This document shows, piece by piece, positions 49,089 through 59,776 of a stretch of DNA of 64,000 bases (positions are counted from its first letter, which is position 1; each line of letters starts with the position of its first letter). Below the pieces are notes generated by a model. It was given only the letters and a program-made list of their open reading frames with translations, did not search any database and was not told the DNA's origin. The stretch comes from an uncultured Actinomycetes bacterium (GTDB taxonomy: Bacteria; Actinomycetota; Coriobacteriia; Anaerosomatales; PHET01), in assembly GCA_963700665.1 (NCBI GenBank), contig CAVOYK010000011.1, positions 122,527-186,526 on the forward strand. The letters are read 5' to 3'. The translations under genes were made by a program, and so were the position numbers.

Positions 49089-49730
49089 CTATCTCGCCCC
49101 GCCCGGCCCGCAGTGGCATGCGAGCGACTTGATGTCGCATGGCATGCGGATCTGAGAGACGTTCATGCCCTCCGGCCTGACCAGGCCGAGGGCAGGCGTC
49201 AGGAGCAGCAGCCCCTCCAAACCGCCTCGGGCGCACAGATCGACGACCGTCTGCACGTGATCGGGCGAGCACGCCACCAACGCGACCGTGACGCCGAGCG
49301 AAGGGTCGAGGTCCGGTATCTCCGAGATGTGAAGGACAGGAATGCCCGCGACGGTGGATCCGACGTCCTCGAGATGCTCGGAGAAGAAGCCGACGGGCTC
49401 CACTCCCCACGCGTCCGCCGGAAACAGCGTCTCCAGGGCCCGCAGCATCTCGGCCGATCCCACCCAGATGACCGGGTAGCGGTCGGACAAGCCGAGGAAC
49501 GACTGGATCGCCTCGTGGAGCTGCCCCACCTGATAGCCGGCACCGGGCCGCCCGACGCTGCCGACGAAGGAGATGTCCCTGCGGACGGTCTCTTCGCGCA
49601 GCTCGAGCGACGCTGCAAGTTCCCGTGAGGTGATGTCTGCTCGGCCCTCGCGTACGAGCTCTCCCAAGAAGCAGTGGTAGAGGGAGAGGCGGTATATCGT
49701 CGGCTCGGGGGCGACTTCGGAATCGGTCAT
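49089..49730 (-). CDS. rex: Rex-family redox-sensing repressor homologue with an atypical dinucleotide loop and a Cys-rich tail
   Basis: The start is taken at MTDSEVAPEP (ATG 49730). The Rex DNA-binding block is IYRLSLYHCFLGELVREGRADITSRELAASLELREETVRRDISFVGSVGRPGAGYQVGQL. At the position of the GxGxxG loop it reads VIWVGSAEMLRAL. The C-terminus is MPCDIKSLACHCGPGGAR. Confidence 0.65.
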   Translation of the reverse strand: MTDSEVAPEPTIYRLSLYHCFLGELVREGRADITSRELAASLELREETVRRDISFVGSVGRPGAGYQVGQLHEAIQSFLGLSDRYPVIWVGSAEMLRALETLFPADAWGVEPVGFFSEHLEDVGSTVAGIPVLHISEIPDLDPSLGVTVALVACSPDHVQTVVDLCARGGLEGLLLLTPALGLVRPEGMNVSQIRMPCDIKSLACHCGPGGAR

Positions 49731-49836
49731 CGGACGTTGCCTTCCGCGATCGTATGCGGCCGGTTGCGCGCTACACGAGACTATAGGCGAGCTCAGTGCA
49801 GCGCGCACCGCGGCAAGGATACGTCCGACCGTTGCG

Positions 49837-51915
49837 TCAGTAGACCTTGTAGTACCTCCACGACGAGTAGGTCGTGAGATGGCTGGAGTCGCCGTGCACT
49901 GCTCGCACCCGCCAACTGCGAGGGACGCCCCTCACGTAGCGGTCGGCGTAGCGATAGCGCGAGTAGTAGCTGCCGTAGTCGGCGATCTTCACGGCAAGCG
50001 AGGTGTCGGTGCGCCATCTTCCTCGGTAGTAGTACTGGAACTGCAGGCGTATCGCGTTGGCGCCGTGAGTATGCTTCGGCTTCAGGTACCCGTAGAAGTA
50101 GTAGGTGCGATTGGGCCTGACGCGCGACGGGATGTTCTTGGGCGGGGTCACGTAGGCGTAGGAGTAGACAAGCGCCGTAGGGGTCACCGACGCGGCTGTT
50201 GCGTCGTCCCCGCTGTAGATCCACCGGAAGTAGGTCTTGCGGTACACCTTGGTACTGGCGGCGTAGAACCCGGTCGCTGAGATCGGAGAGGTGACCCCCG
50301 TCCAGTTCTTGCGGTCGTACGACCGCTGAAGCGTCATCTGCTTGGATGGCACAAGCACGCCGGCAGGGTTGCGCAAGCTCGCCCTGAGAGTGACCAACGT
50401 GCCGTACCTCACGATCAGGGAGCCGGAACGCGTCACGCGAGCCTTCGGCGCTGACCTGGCGATCCTGGCTACCGTCGGTTCGAGCACGTTGACGCTCACG
50501 CGGTGCGTCTGCGGGGCCGCGCCGAGGATCCGGACGGTCACCGTCGCCTCGTGGCTGCCGATGGCCAGGCCACTCGTGTCGGTCTTGAGCGTCAGCTTCT
50601 GAGAGCCGTTGCTGCTCGCCTCACCGCTTCCCGGTGTGGCCGTCAGCCACGCTTGGTCCGATTCAGCGGTGAACGTCACCGGTACTGAGCCGAGCTCGCC
50701 CCAGTTCGCGTTGAAGAACCGATCCGCGGCAGACTCTCCCTGGACCACGGTCACGGCCGTGCTCGTGGAGTCGAGCGAGAAGCTGGGGTCCGATATCGAC
50801 CAGTCCACGGTGTAGGTCGACGTGCCCGAGATGGCCGCGACGTTGAGGTAGTAGGCGCCGGCCTGCCCGGTGCGGGCGGTGAAGTCACCGACGTAGTCCG
50901 ATCCTTGGGTCACCGTCGCGCTGCTGATCGCACTCGCGGGATCCAGCGGCTCTGTGGCGTCCGGGCCGAAGAGGCCCACCGAGGCGGTCGCCTCGGTAGT
51001 CTGGGCCACGTCCACGTGAAGGAACTGACCCTCTGTCAAGTCGAAGCTGTAGACGTCACGCTTGTCGGTGACCGGGTCGACTGCTCCTTGGAACGGTGAA
51101 GGGGGAGCGGAGATACCCGGCAGCGTGTCATCGGGCTCGGATGTGTCCGGGTCGAGCACGTTGACGCTCACGTGGTGCGTCTGCGGGGCCGCACCGAGGA
51201 TCCGGACGGTCACCGTCGCCTCGTGGCTGCCGATAGCCAGGCCACTCGTGTCGGTCTTGAGCGTCAGCTTCTGAGAGCCGTTGCTGCTCGCCTCACCGCT
51301 TCCCGGTGTGGCCGTCAGCCACGCTTGGTCCGATTCAGCGGTGAACGTCACCGGTACTGAGCCGAGCTCGCCCCAGTTCGCGTTGAAGAACCGATCCGCG
51401 GCAGACTCTCCCTGGACCACGGTCACGGCCGTGCTCGTGGAGTCGAGCGAGAAGCTGGGGTCCGAAATCGACCAGCTCACGGTGTAGGTCGAGTCGCCCG
51501 AAATGGCGGCGACGCCAAGGTAGTAGTCTCCGGCTTGCCCGGAGCGGGCGGTGAAGTCGCTTGCGAAGCCAGTGCTGACCGAATCGATCGTCGCACTGCT
51601 GATCGCACTCGCGGGATCAAGCGGCTCTGTGGCGTCCGGGCCGAAGAAGCCTACCGAGGCGGTCGCTTCGGTGGTCTGGGTGACACCCAGCGATATGAAC
51701 TGACCCTCGGTCAGGTTGAATCGGTAGATATCGACCACGTCTCCGGTCGCCTCGACGGAGCCTTCAAATGGCGAAGCGGGAGCGGCGATACCGGGCAACG
51801 TGTCGTCTGACTCGGCGAATGCGGTGGCAGGCGCTGTGACGGCAAGCGAAGAGACCATCGCCGTGGCCATCAAGAGACGAAGGCCCCGCAGTGGTCGGCG
51901 CATGAACTTGGACAT
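49837..51915 (-). CDS. Secreted protein: signal peptide, two (PPC-like + BACON/Ig-like) units, and the shared basic C-terminal module
   Basis: Intact 692-aa ORF with GGGAGGA before ATG 51915. The signal peptide is LLMATAMVSSLAVTAPATAFA. Two pre-peptidase-C-terminal-like domains are present (DDTLPGI.AP.SPF.G...D.Y.F.LTEGQF...GDYYLGVAAISG.STYTV.WSISDP). Each is followed by a nearly identical ~110-aa domain. Confidence 0.7.
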   Translation of the reverse strand: MSKFMRRPLRGLRLLMATAMVSSLAVTAPATAFAESDDTLPGIAAPASPFEGSVEATGDVVDIYRFNLTEGQFISLGVTQTTEATASVGFFGPDATEPLDPASAISSATIDSVSTGFASDFTARSGQAGDYYLGVAAISGDSTYTVSWSISDPSFSLDSTSTAVTVVQGESAADRFFNANWGELGSVPVTFTAESDQAWLTATPGSGEASSNGSQKLTLKTDTSGLAIGSHEATVTVRILGAAPQTHHVSVNVLDPDTSEPDDTLPGISAPPSPFQGAVDPVTDKRDVYSFDLTEGQFLHVDVAQTTEATASVGLFGPDATEPLDPASAISSATVTQGSDYVGDFTARTGQAGAYYLNVAAISGTSTYTVDWSISDPSFSLDSTSTAVTVVQGESAADRFFNANWGELGSVPVTFTAESDQAWLTATPGSGEASSNGSQKLTLKTDTSGLAIGSHEATVTVRILGAAPQTHRVSVNVLEPTVARIARSAPKARVTRSGSLIVRYGTLVTLRASLRNPAGVLVPSKQMTLQRSYDRKNWTGVTSPISATGFYAASTKVYRKTYFRWIYSGDDATAASVTPTALVYSYAYVTPPKNIPSRVRPNRTYYFYGYLKPKHTHGANAIRLQFQYYYRGRWRTDTSLAVKIADYGSYYSRYRYADRYVRGVPRSWRVRAVHGDSSHLTTYSSWRYYKVY
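50480..50820. repeat. Copy 1 of a 341-nt near-identical intragenic repeat (period 672 nt)
   Basis: Manual alignment with 51152-51492 gives 6 mismatches in 341 nt, including a run of more than 200 identical nt. The flanking parts of the 672-nt unit are clearly more diverged. Confidence 0.85.
51152..51492. repeat. Copy 2 of the 341-nt near-identical intragenic repeat
   Basis: See copy 1. The plus-strand shadow ORFs 50609..50815 and 51281..51487 translate almost identically, which confirms the 672-nt offset. Confidence 0.85.
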
Positions 51916-52035
51916 GGTGGTCCTCCCATGGAACGCGTGTACACGCTACACGATGCAAGGCGTGTGCCGCATCGGACGGCACGCCTGCATAGCCGTACCG
52001 TACGCTATTGTATGCGCGGACGACGGGAGGGCATC

Positions 52036-52350
52036 GTGTTCGGCTGGGGCGTCAAGAAGATCACCACCGATGAACTGGCATTGCGACTGCGCGAAGGCTC
52101 GCCCGTGCTCATCGATGTGCGCGAAGAATACGAGTTCGCCGAGGGTCACGTGCCCGGAGCCGTGAACATCCCTCTCGGCGGTCTTGCCTCGGCAGCCGAG
52201 AAGCTGGACCCGAGTGTGGAGACGCTAGTGATCTGCCAAAGCGGCCACCGAAGCTCGACCGCTGCACGCACGCTCATGCGCAGAGGCTTCACGGAGGTGT
52301 ATAGCGTTCGCGGGGGCACTTCGGCGTGGACCGGGAAGCTGAAGCGCTAG
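52036..52350 (+). CDS. Single-domain rhodanese (sulfurtransferase)
   Basis: LIDVREEYEFAEGHVPGAVNIPL and the active-site loop CQSGHRS are present. The GTG 52036 start follows GGGAGGG. An alternative ATG lies at 52012. Confidence 0.8.
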   Translation: MFGWGVKKITTDELALRLREGSPVLIDVREEYEFAEGHVPGAVNIPLGGLASAAEKLDPSVETLVICQSGHRSSTAARTLMRRGFTEVYSVRGGTSAWTGKLKR

Positions 52351-52467
52351 AGCCGTCGCGTTCCCGTGCTCCTTCTAGTTCGTGTGCGGGAGCGTATGCT
52401 GATGACCTGATGAGAGGCCCGCCGATTGGGGCTTTTCGGGCGCCGGGCTGCAAAGGAGGCTGCGGGC

Positions 52468-53097
52468 GTGGACGACTACACATCGCCTTCGCCGCCGCCG
52501 CGGGGATTCTGGACGGGCGGTCGCAACGCGCTGCTCGCTGGTCCGCTCGCGCTCGTTCTCGCAATGTCGATCGCGGGCTATCTGGGATGGCGTGCGCCGG
52601 ACGACTCACCAAGAGAGGCTCTTGCCGGCATCGCGTCGGCGGCCGTCGAAGGCGATGTGGACACGGTGATCGCTTCGATCGACACCACGTCGCTCGTGGA
52701 CTCAGCCGTCGATGAGGCGCTGTCTCAGACCGACGAGCGCCGCGCCGCCTTGGTCGCGCGCTATCTCGCCACACACCCGGATACGACCGGCGACAGTATC
52801 AAGACCAAGGCACGCTCGCTTGTCGACGAGGAGATCCGAGAACACGTCGAGTCCGGAACGCTCCCCAAACGTATCCCGCTGGGCAACGAGTCCCTCAAGG
52901 AGCTCGCCGCCAAGGCGTATGCGCGCGGTTCGGTGCGCTCGGTGCGGATCGACGGCAATGTCGCGCATGTCGTGGTGACGGTGCCGTTCAAGGGCAAGAT
53001 GCTACGCGTTCACCTCAGGATGAAGCGCGCCGGCGACACGTGGAAGATCGACAAGGTCGAGAACCTTTCGGATGTCTTGAAGCAGGCGGGATACTAG
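52468..53097 (+). CDS. Membrane-anchored hypothetical protein
   Basis: GTG 52468 lies 8 nt after AAGGAGG. It has one TM helix (ALLAGPLALVLAMSIAGYLGW) and a ~150-aa extracytoplasmic domain with no motif I recognise. Confidence 0.5.
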   Translation: MDDYTSPSPPPRGFWTGGRNALLAGPLALVLAMSIAGYLGWRAPDDSPREALAGIASAAVEGDVDTVIASIDTTSLVDSAVDEALSQTDERRAALVARYLATHPDTTGDSIKTKARSLVDEEIREHVESGTLPKRIPLGNESLKELAAKAYARGSVRSVRIDGNVAHVVVTVPFKGKMLRVHLRMKRAGDTWKIDKVENLSDVLKQAGY

Positions 53098-53306
53098 CGG
53101 CCGGAAGGCCGACCCCCGGCCGCTCGCTGGCCTCGCGGATGCTGGGGTGTGACACGTACCTACTTCGCGGTGATGTATCGAGTTCCACGCTTCGGCCCAC
53201 GCGCATTCTGGGTGACGCGATGAGTGCGATGGACACCCGGACACCTCCGCCTGCGCTCGTCGCAGCAATCGGCTTTCGGTCGCATGCGCCGCCCTATCCT
53301 GCCCAT

Positions 53307-53335
53307 TTGCCCCCCTCCACCTGCGGTGCTACCAT
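53307..53335 (+). promoter_or_regulatory. Possible promoter of tRNA-Leu
   Basis: TTGCCC lies at 53307-53312, followed by a 17-nt spacer and TACCAT at 53330-53335, 15 nt upstream of the tRNA 5' end. The match is weak. Confidence 0.25.
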
Positions 53336-53350
53336 CACTACTCGCGCTAC

Positions 53351-53436
53351 GCGGGTGTGGCGGAATGGCAGACGCGCATGGTTCAGGTCCATGTGGGGGC
53401 AACCCCGTGAAGGTTCAACTCCTTTCACCCGCACCA
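53351..53436 (+). tRNA. tRNA-Leu(CAG): tRNA-Leu, anticodon CAG (class II, long variable arm)
   Basis: Acceptor stem GCGGGUG/CACCCGC, anticodon arm CAUGG-UUCAGGU-CCAUG, variable arm UGGGGGCAACCCCGUG. T loop UUCAACU, with an encoded CCA. Length 86 nt. Confidence 0.9.
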
Positions 53437-53448
53437 GCACACACGCCA

Positions 53449-53475
53449 GTGAGGCTCCGCAACCCGGAGCCTCAC
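53449..53475. terminator. Hairpin terminator between tRNA-Leu and the convergent gene
   Basis: GTGAGGCTCCG (53449-53459), loop CAACC, CGGAGCCTCAC (53465-53475), followed by TTCCGTTCT. Confidence 0.5.
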
Positions 53476-53493
53476 TTCCGTTCTAGGGCGCTT

Positions 53494-54159
53494 CTAGGGC
53501 ACTGGCGGCGGGTAGATGGCGTCGATACCGGTGACGATTTGACCTGCGGTGTCGAGCACTATCGGCGTCGCGAGGTCCATTGTCGGGGCGTACTGATACC
53601 ACTGGACTCCGGTGTGCACCGTGAACAGGCGCACCTTGTAGGTCCCAAGAGGGAGTCCGTCCCGAACGTAGGTGCCGTCCCAAGCGGTCTCGAGCACGGT
53701 CAGGTAGGCAGTGGGCCACGTCCCGTCGGAGTTCTGCTTGTAGAAGTAGACGAAACCGTGCAGGCCCGCTCCACTGTCGTTCGTGATCCGTCCCGAGATC
53801 GTAGCGGTGGGTGGAGGAACGGCAGCGAGCGTCACGTCCAACGTGTAGGCAACGCCGCTTGCTACCGTCAGCGTCTCGACGTGGTCAAAGAAGCCGTCCG
53901 CCGAGAAGGTGAACCGGTAGTCGCCCTTTCTGTCGCTGAACGTCCAGCTGCCGTCTGCGCCAGTGGTGAGCGTTGCGATGGGCTTGGGCAGCCCGCCACC
54001 GTTGATGCGATCGATGGTGACCGTCGCACCCGCTATCGCTCCCGTCGGTCCGTAGACCACGCCCGCGACCGTGCCGTCGGCGGCCGCCAAGGCCGGGACC
54101 GGAATAGCGAGCAGGACGAGAGCCGTCGCCAGCGCAACGAGTAGGATTCTGCATCTCAT
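53494..54159 (-). CDS. Secreted protein with two carboxypeptidase-regulatory-like (CarboxypepD_reg) beta-sandwich domains
   Basis: The start is taken at MRCRILLVALATALVLLAIPVPALAA (ATG 54159, after AGGGGGA). The two modules are GTVAGVVYGPTGAIAGATVTI...TGADGSWTF and ISGRITNDSGAGLHGFVYF...DGTYVRDGLPLGTYKVRL. Confidence 0.6.
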   Translation of the reverse strand: MRCRILLVALATALVLLAIPVPALAAADGTVAGVVYGPTGAIAGATVTIDRINGGGLPKPIATLTTGADGSWTFSDRKGDYRFTFSADGFFDHVETLTVASGVAYTLDVTLAAVPPPTATISGRITNDSGAGLHGFVYFYKQNSDGTWPTAYLTVLETAWDGTYVRDGLPLGTYKVRLFTVHTGVQWYQYAPTMDLATPIVLDTAGQIVTGIDAIYPPPVP

Positions 54160-54396
54160 GGCGTCCCCCTTTGCCGAGGCTGCAGAAGAGAGGCTCGAAA
54201 GTGCCTCTTCTATCACTCTACCCACTTCCGCTGGCGGCGCGTTTCGTCTGGGAGAGGCCGGAAGATCAAGTGGTGCGCTGTCCGACGAGGACGTCTTCTC
54301 GGCCGAGGGTACTATCCAATGGGCAGTCGGTGGTCACATGGAGCAAGAGGCGCCCGAAAGACCACCACGAACGGGTGTGATGTCGAGAGGGGACCA

Positions 54397-55943
54397 GTGG
54401 CAACACAGCGCAGAGTAGTGGTCGGGCTGGGCGCGCTCGAGCTCGCGGAGGTCGTCTCGGTCGCCCGCGCGGGCGTCAGAGTCGAACTGTCGCCCGAGTC
54501 GGTCGCCGCAATCGAGGCGTCGCGTGCCCACGTCGAGGATCTCGCGAGCAGCGGAAGGCCGGTCTACGGCGTCAGCACCGGGTTCGGTGCGCTCGCGACG
54601 CGCTACATCGAGCCGGCCCAGCGCGCGACGCTTCAACGCTCCCTGATCCGCTCGCACGCAGCCGGCTCTGGCCCGTGCGTGGAGACAGAGGTCGTGAGAG
54701 CGCTGATGCTGAATCGGTTGTCGACGCTCGCGACGGGGCGCACCGGGGTGCGGCTCGGCGACGGCGCGAGGCGTACGCGAACCTGCTCAACGCTCGCATC
54801 ACGCCGTGCGTTCCGGAGTACGGGTCGTTGGGCTGCTCGGGCGATCTGGCCCCGTTGGCGCACTGCGCGCTGGCGGTGATGGGCGAGGGCGAGGTGTTCG
54901 ATGCCGGTGGCGTGCGGATGTCGGCGGCCGAGGCGCTCGCATCTGCGGGACTCGCGCCGGTCGAGCTCGCCGAGAAGGAAGGCCTCGCGCTCATCAACGG
55001 CACCGACGGCATGCTCGGCATGCTCGTGCTCGCGATCGCCGATCTGACAGCCCTCGTGCGGGTGGCCGATATCGCCGCAGCGATGAGCGTCGAGGCGCTG
55101 CTGGGGACCGACAGGAGCTTCTCGGCGGATCTGGTCGCGCTCAGGCCACACCCGGGCCAGGGCTTCTCGGCAGCGAACATGACCCGACTACTGGCCGGGT
55201 CCCAGATCGTGGCCTCGCACGCCACAGACGACGTACGCGTGCAAGACGCCTACTCGCTTCGATGCGCTCCGCAGGTCGCGGGAGCCGTGCGAGACACCCT
55301 CGACCACGCCGAGAAGGTCGCGCTGCGCGAACTGGCCTCGGCTATCGACAACCCGGTCGTGCTTCCCGACGGCAGAGTCGAAAGCAACGGCAACTTCCAC
55401 GGCGCACCCGTCGCCTACGCACTCGACTTCCTCGCCATCGCGGCCGCCGATCTCGCCTCGATCAGCGAGCGGCGCACCGACCGCATGCTGGATGCGAACC
55501 GAAGTGGCGGGCTGCCGCCCTTCCTGGCCGAGAACCCGGGCGTGGATTCGGGGCACATGATCGCGCAGTACACGCAGGCGGGCATCGTGAGCGAGCTCAA
55601 GCGGCTGGCCGTGCCGGCGAGCGTTGACTCGATCCCGTCCTCGGCGATGCAGGAGGACCACGTCTCGATGGGGTGGAGCGCGGCTCGCAAGTTGCGCCGC
55701 AGCGTCGACGGCCTCACACGCGTGCTCGCGATCGAGGTGCTCACGGCCGCGCGTGCGCTCGACCTTCGGGCTCCGCTCGCACCCGCGGCAGGCACCGGTG
55801 CAGCGCGCGCCGTCATCCGCGAGCGCGTCGAAGGGGTCGGCCCCGACCGCTGGCTCTCGCCAGAGATCGAGGCTGCGGTGAAGCTCGTCGCGACCGGCGA
55901 GCTTCTGGACGGCGTCGAGCGCGCAATAGGCGGTCTTGACTGA
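54397..55943 (+). CDS. hutH: Histidine ammonia-lyase; one frame break (~54760)
   Basis: GTG 54397 follows GAGAGGGGA. Family blocks are YGVSTGFGALA, LIRSHAAG, the MIO loop GSLGCSGDLAPLAH, LALINGT, QDAYSLRC and NFHGAPVA. Confidence 0.85.
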
Positions 55944-55973
55944 GTTCGAAGAGTCGGACGAGGAGCAGTCACC

Positions 55974-57661
<1,688 letters not shown>

Positions 57662-57665
<4 letters not shown>

Positions 57666-58831
57666 CCTCGACGCTCATCACCAACATAGGCGAGCTCGTC
57701 ACCAACGACTCCGCGCTGGGTGACGGCTCGCAGCTCGGCATCATCACCGACGCCGCGCTCGTGATCGACGACGACCGTGTCGCGTGGGTGGGAAGCGCGG
57801 GCGATGCACCTGCGGCTGACGAACGCGTTGACGCCCAGGGGCGCGCCGTCATACCGGGGTTCGTGGACAGCCACACGCACCTCGTGTTCGCAGGCGATCG
57901 CAGTGCGGAGTTCGCGGCGCGCATGGCGGGGGAGCCCTACACGGGTGGCGGGATCGCTACCACCGTCGCTGCGACGCGGTCCGCGACCGACGGAGAACTT
58001 CGTCAAGGTGCCGGTCGTCGCCTGGGGAGATGCGCGCTGGCGGCACCACCACTGTCGAAGCCAAGAGCGGCTACGGTCTGGACGTCGAGACTGAGGCGCG
58101 GCTCCTGAGCATCTCGCGCGAGTTCACCGCCGAGACCACGTTCCTCGGCGCCCATGTCGTGCCGCCTGAGTATGCCGACGACCGGGCGGCGTACGTCGCG
58201 CTGGTCACGGGCACCATGCTCTCGGCGTGCGCGCCGCTCTCGCGCTGGATCGATGTCTTCTGCGACGTCGGCGCGTTCGACGAGGACGAGTCGCGCGCGG
58301 TCTTGTCGGCGGGTGTGGCGGCCGGCCTCGGGGTACGGCTGCACGGCAACCAGCTCGACTTCGGCCCCGGCGCGAAGCTGGCCGCCGAGTTCGGCGCGGC
58401 GAGCGTGGACCACTGCACGTATCTCACCGACGGCGACATCGCCGCGCTTCGCGACGCGGGCGTGGTCGCAACGCTGCTGCCTGCCGCCGATTTCTCGACG
58501 CGCTCGCCGTACCCGAACGCGCGCCGCCTGCTCGACGCAGGCGTCGACCGTTGCGCTGGCCACCGACTGCAACCCCGGTAGCGCGTACGTGACGTCGATG
58601 CCGCTCGTGATCGCGCTTGCCGTGCGAGAGATGCGCATGACGCCCGCCGAGGCGCTCTTCGCCGCGACCGCCGGTGGCGCCAAGGCGCTTCGCCGAGACG
58701 ACATCGGGCGGCTGGCGCCCGGATCGGCCGCGGACATCGCCATGCTGGATGCGCCCACGTACCTGCATCTGGCGTACCGACCCGGGTCGCCGCTCGTGGC
58801 GCACACCTGGGTGGCGGGGACCGCCGTCTAG
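57662..58831 (+). CDS. hutI: Imidazolonepropionase; two frame breaks (~58005 and ~58555)
   Basis: The ATG overlaps the hutU stop (ATGA). Family blocks are [58 protein letters not shown] and [12 protein letters not shown], spread over three frames. Confidence 0.85.
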
Positions 58832-58834
58832 CCC

Positions 58835-59704
58835 TCAGCGACCTCGTGCGTCGTGCTTCACGAACGTTCCGGCCCGGTATTCGGCGAACGCGCGCTCGAG
58901 TTCTTCTCGGCTGTTCATGACGATGGGGCCGCCCCAGGCGATCGGCTCGCCCAGCGGTTTGCCGCTGACCAGCAGCATCCGGGCTCCGTCCGGTCCCGCG
59001 GTTGCTGCTACTTCGTCGCCATCGTCGAACAGCACGACGGTGCCGTGCTCGGCGCAGACCTTCTCGGCATCGGACCCGAAGCACGCCTCGCCGCCGTACA
59101 GGTAGGCGAACACGGTGTGCCCGAGCGTGGTCGGGTGAGTCCAGGTCCGGTGGGCGTAGACATCCACGTCGAGGTACTCGGGCTCGATCACGATGTCTCG
59201 GACCGGTCCTATCGTGTCATCAACCTGGCCGCACACTACCCGCACTCGCGCCTCGTCCGTCTCGACCACCGGGATCGTCTCGGCCTCGATGCCGCAGTAG
59301 CGCGGGTCTATCATTTTGTGGCTCGCGGGCAGGTTCGCCCACAGCTGAAATCCTCCCATGCGACCGGCCGAGTCACCTTCGGGCATCTCTTGGTGGATGA
59401 CGCCGCTACCCGCAGTCATCCACTGGACGTCGCCAGGACCGATGCGCCCCTCGTTGCCCATCGAGTCGCCGTGCTCGACCTCGCCGTCGAGCATGTAGGT
59501 GATCGTCTCGATGCCACGATGGGGGTGCCACGGGAAGCCCGCCGAGTAGCTGGCGGGGTCGTCTCCGCGAAAGTCGTCGAGCATCAGGAATGGGTCGAAG
59601 AGTCTCTCCTGCCCGGACCCGAACGCTCTGCGCAAGTGCACGCCGGCGCCCTCCGTGGTCGGGCGACTCGAGAAGACGTGCTGTACGGCGCGTGTGGTGG
59701 GCAT
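58835..59704 (-). CDS. Pirin-family bicupin protein
   Basis: The start is taken at MPTTRAV (ATG 59704). Family blocks are FDPFLMLDDF, GFPWHPHRGIETITYMLDGEVEHGDSMGN, VQWMTAGSGVIHQEMP and WGGPIVMNS. Confidence 0.85.
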   Translation of the reverse strand: MPTTRAVQHVFSSRPTTEGAGVHLRRAFGSGQERLFDPFLMLDDFRGDDPASYSAGFPWHPHRGIETITYMLDGEVEHGDSMGNEGRIGPGDVQWMTAGSGVIHQEMPEGDSAGRMGGFQLWANLPASHKMIDPRYCGIEAETIPVVETDEARVRVVCGQVDDTIGPVRDIVIEPEYLDVDVYAHRTWTHPTTLGHTVFAYLYGGEACFGSDAEKVCAEHGTVVLFDDGDEVAATAGPDGARMLLVSGKPLGEPIAWGGPIVMNSREELERAFAEYRAGTFVKHDARGR

Positions 59705-59776
59705 GCTGCGCTCCTTTCGGGCGGGCGAACCTGGGGAGCGAAGCGTATGCCACAAAGGTGACAAGACAAGTCAGGA

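Noticed and set aside
53097-53123. The G+C-rich hairpin GCGGCCGG-N11-CCGGCCGC right after the stop of the 52468..53097 gene, considered as a terminator.
   Set aside because: The stem is only 8 bp with a large loop and no U-tract. In DNA of this G+C content such dyads occur by chance, so it is not listed as a feature.
54830-54870. The histidine ammonia-lyase MIO loop reads Cys-Ser-Gly (GSLGCSGDLAPL) instead of the textbook Ala-Ser-Gly.
   Set aside because: As I recall it, the PROSITE-type signature for the PAL/HAL family allows S, A or C at that position. This is therefore a tolerated variant, not a novelty.
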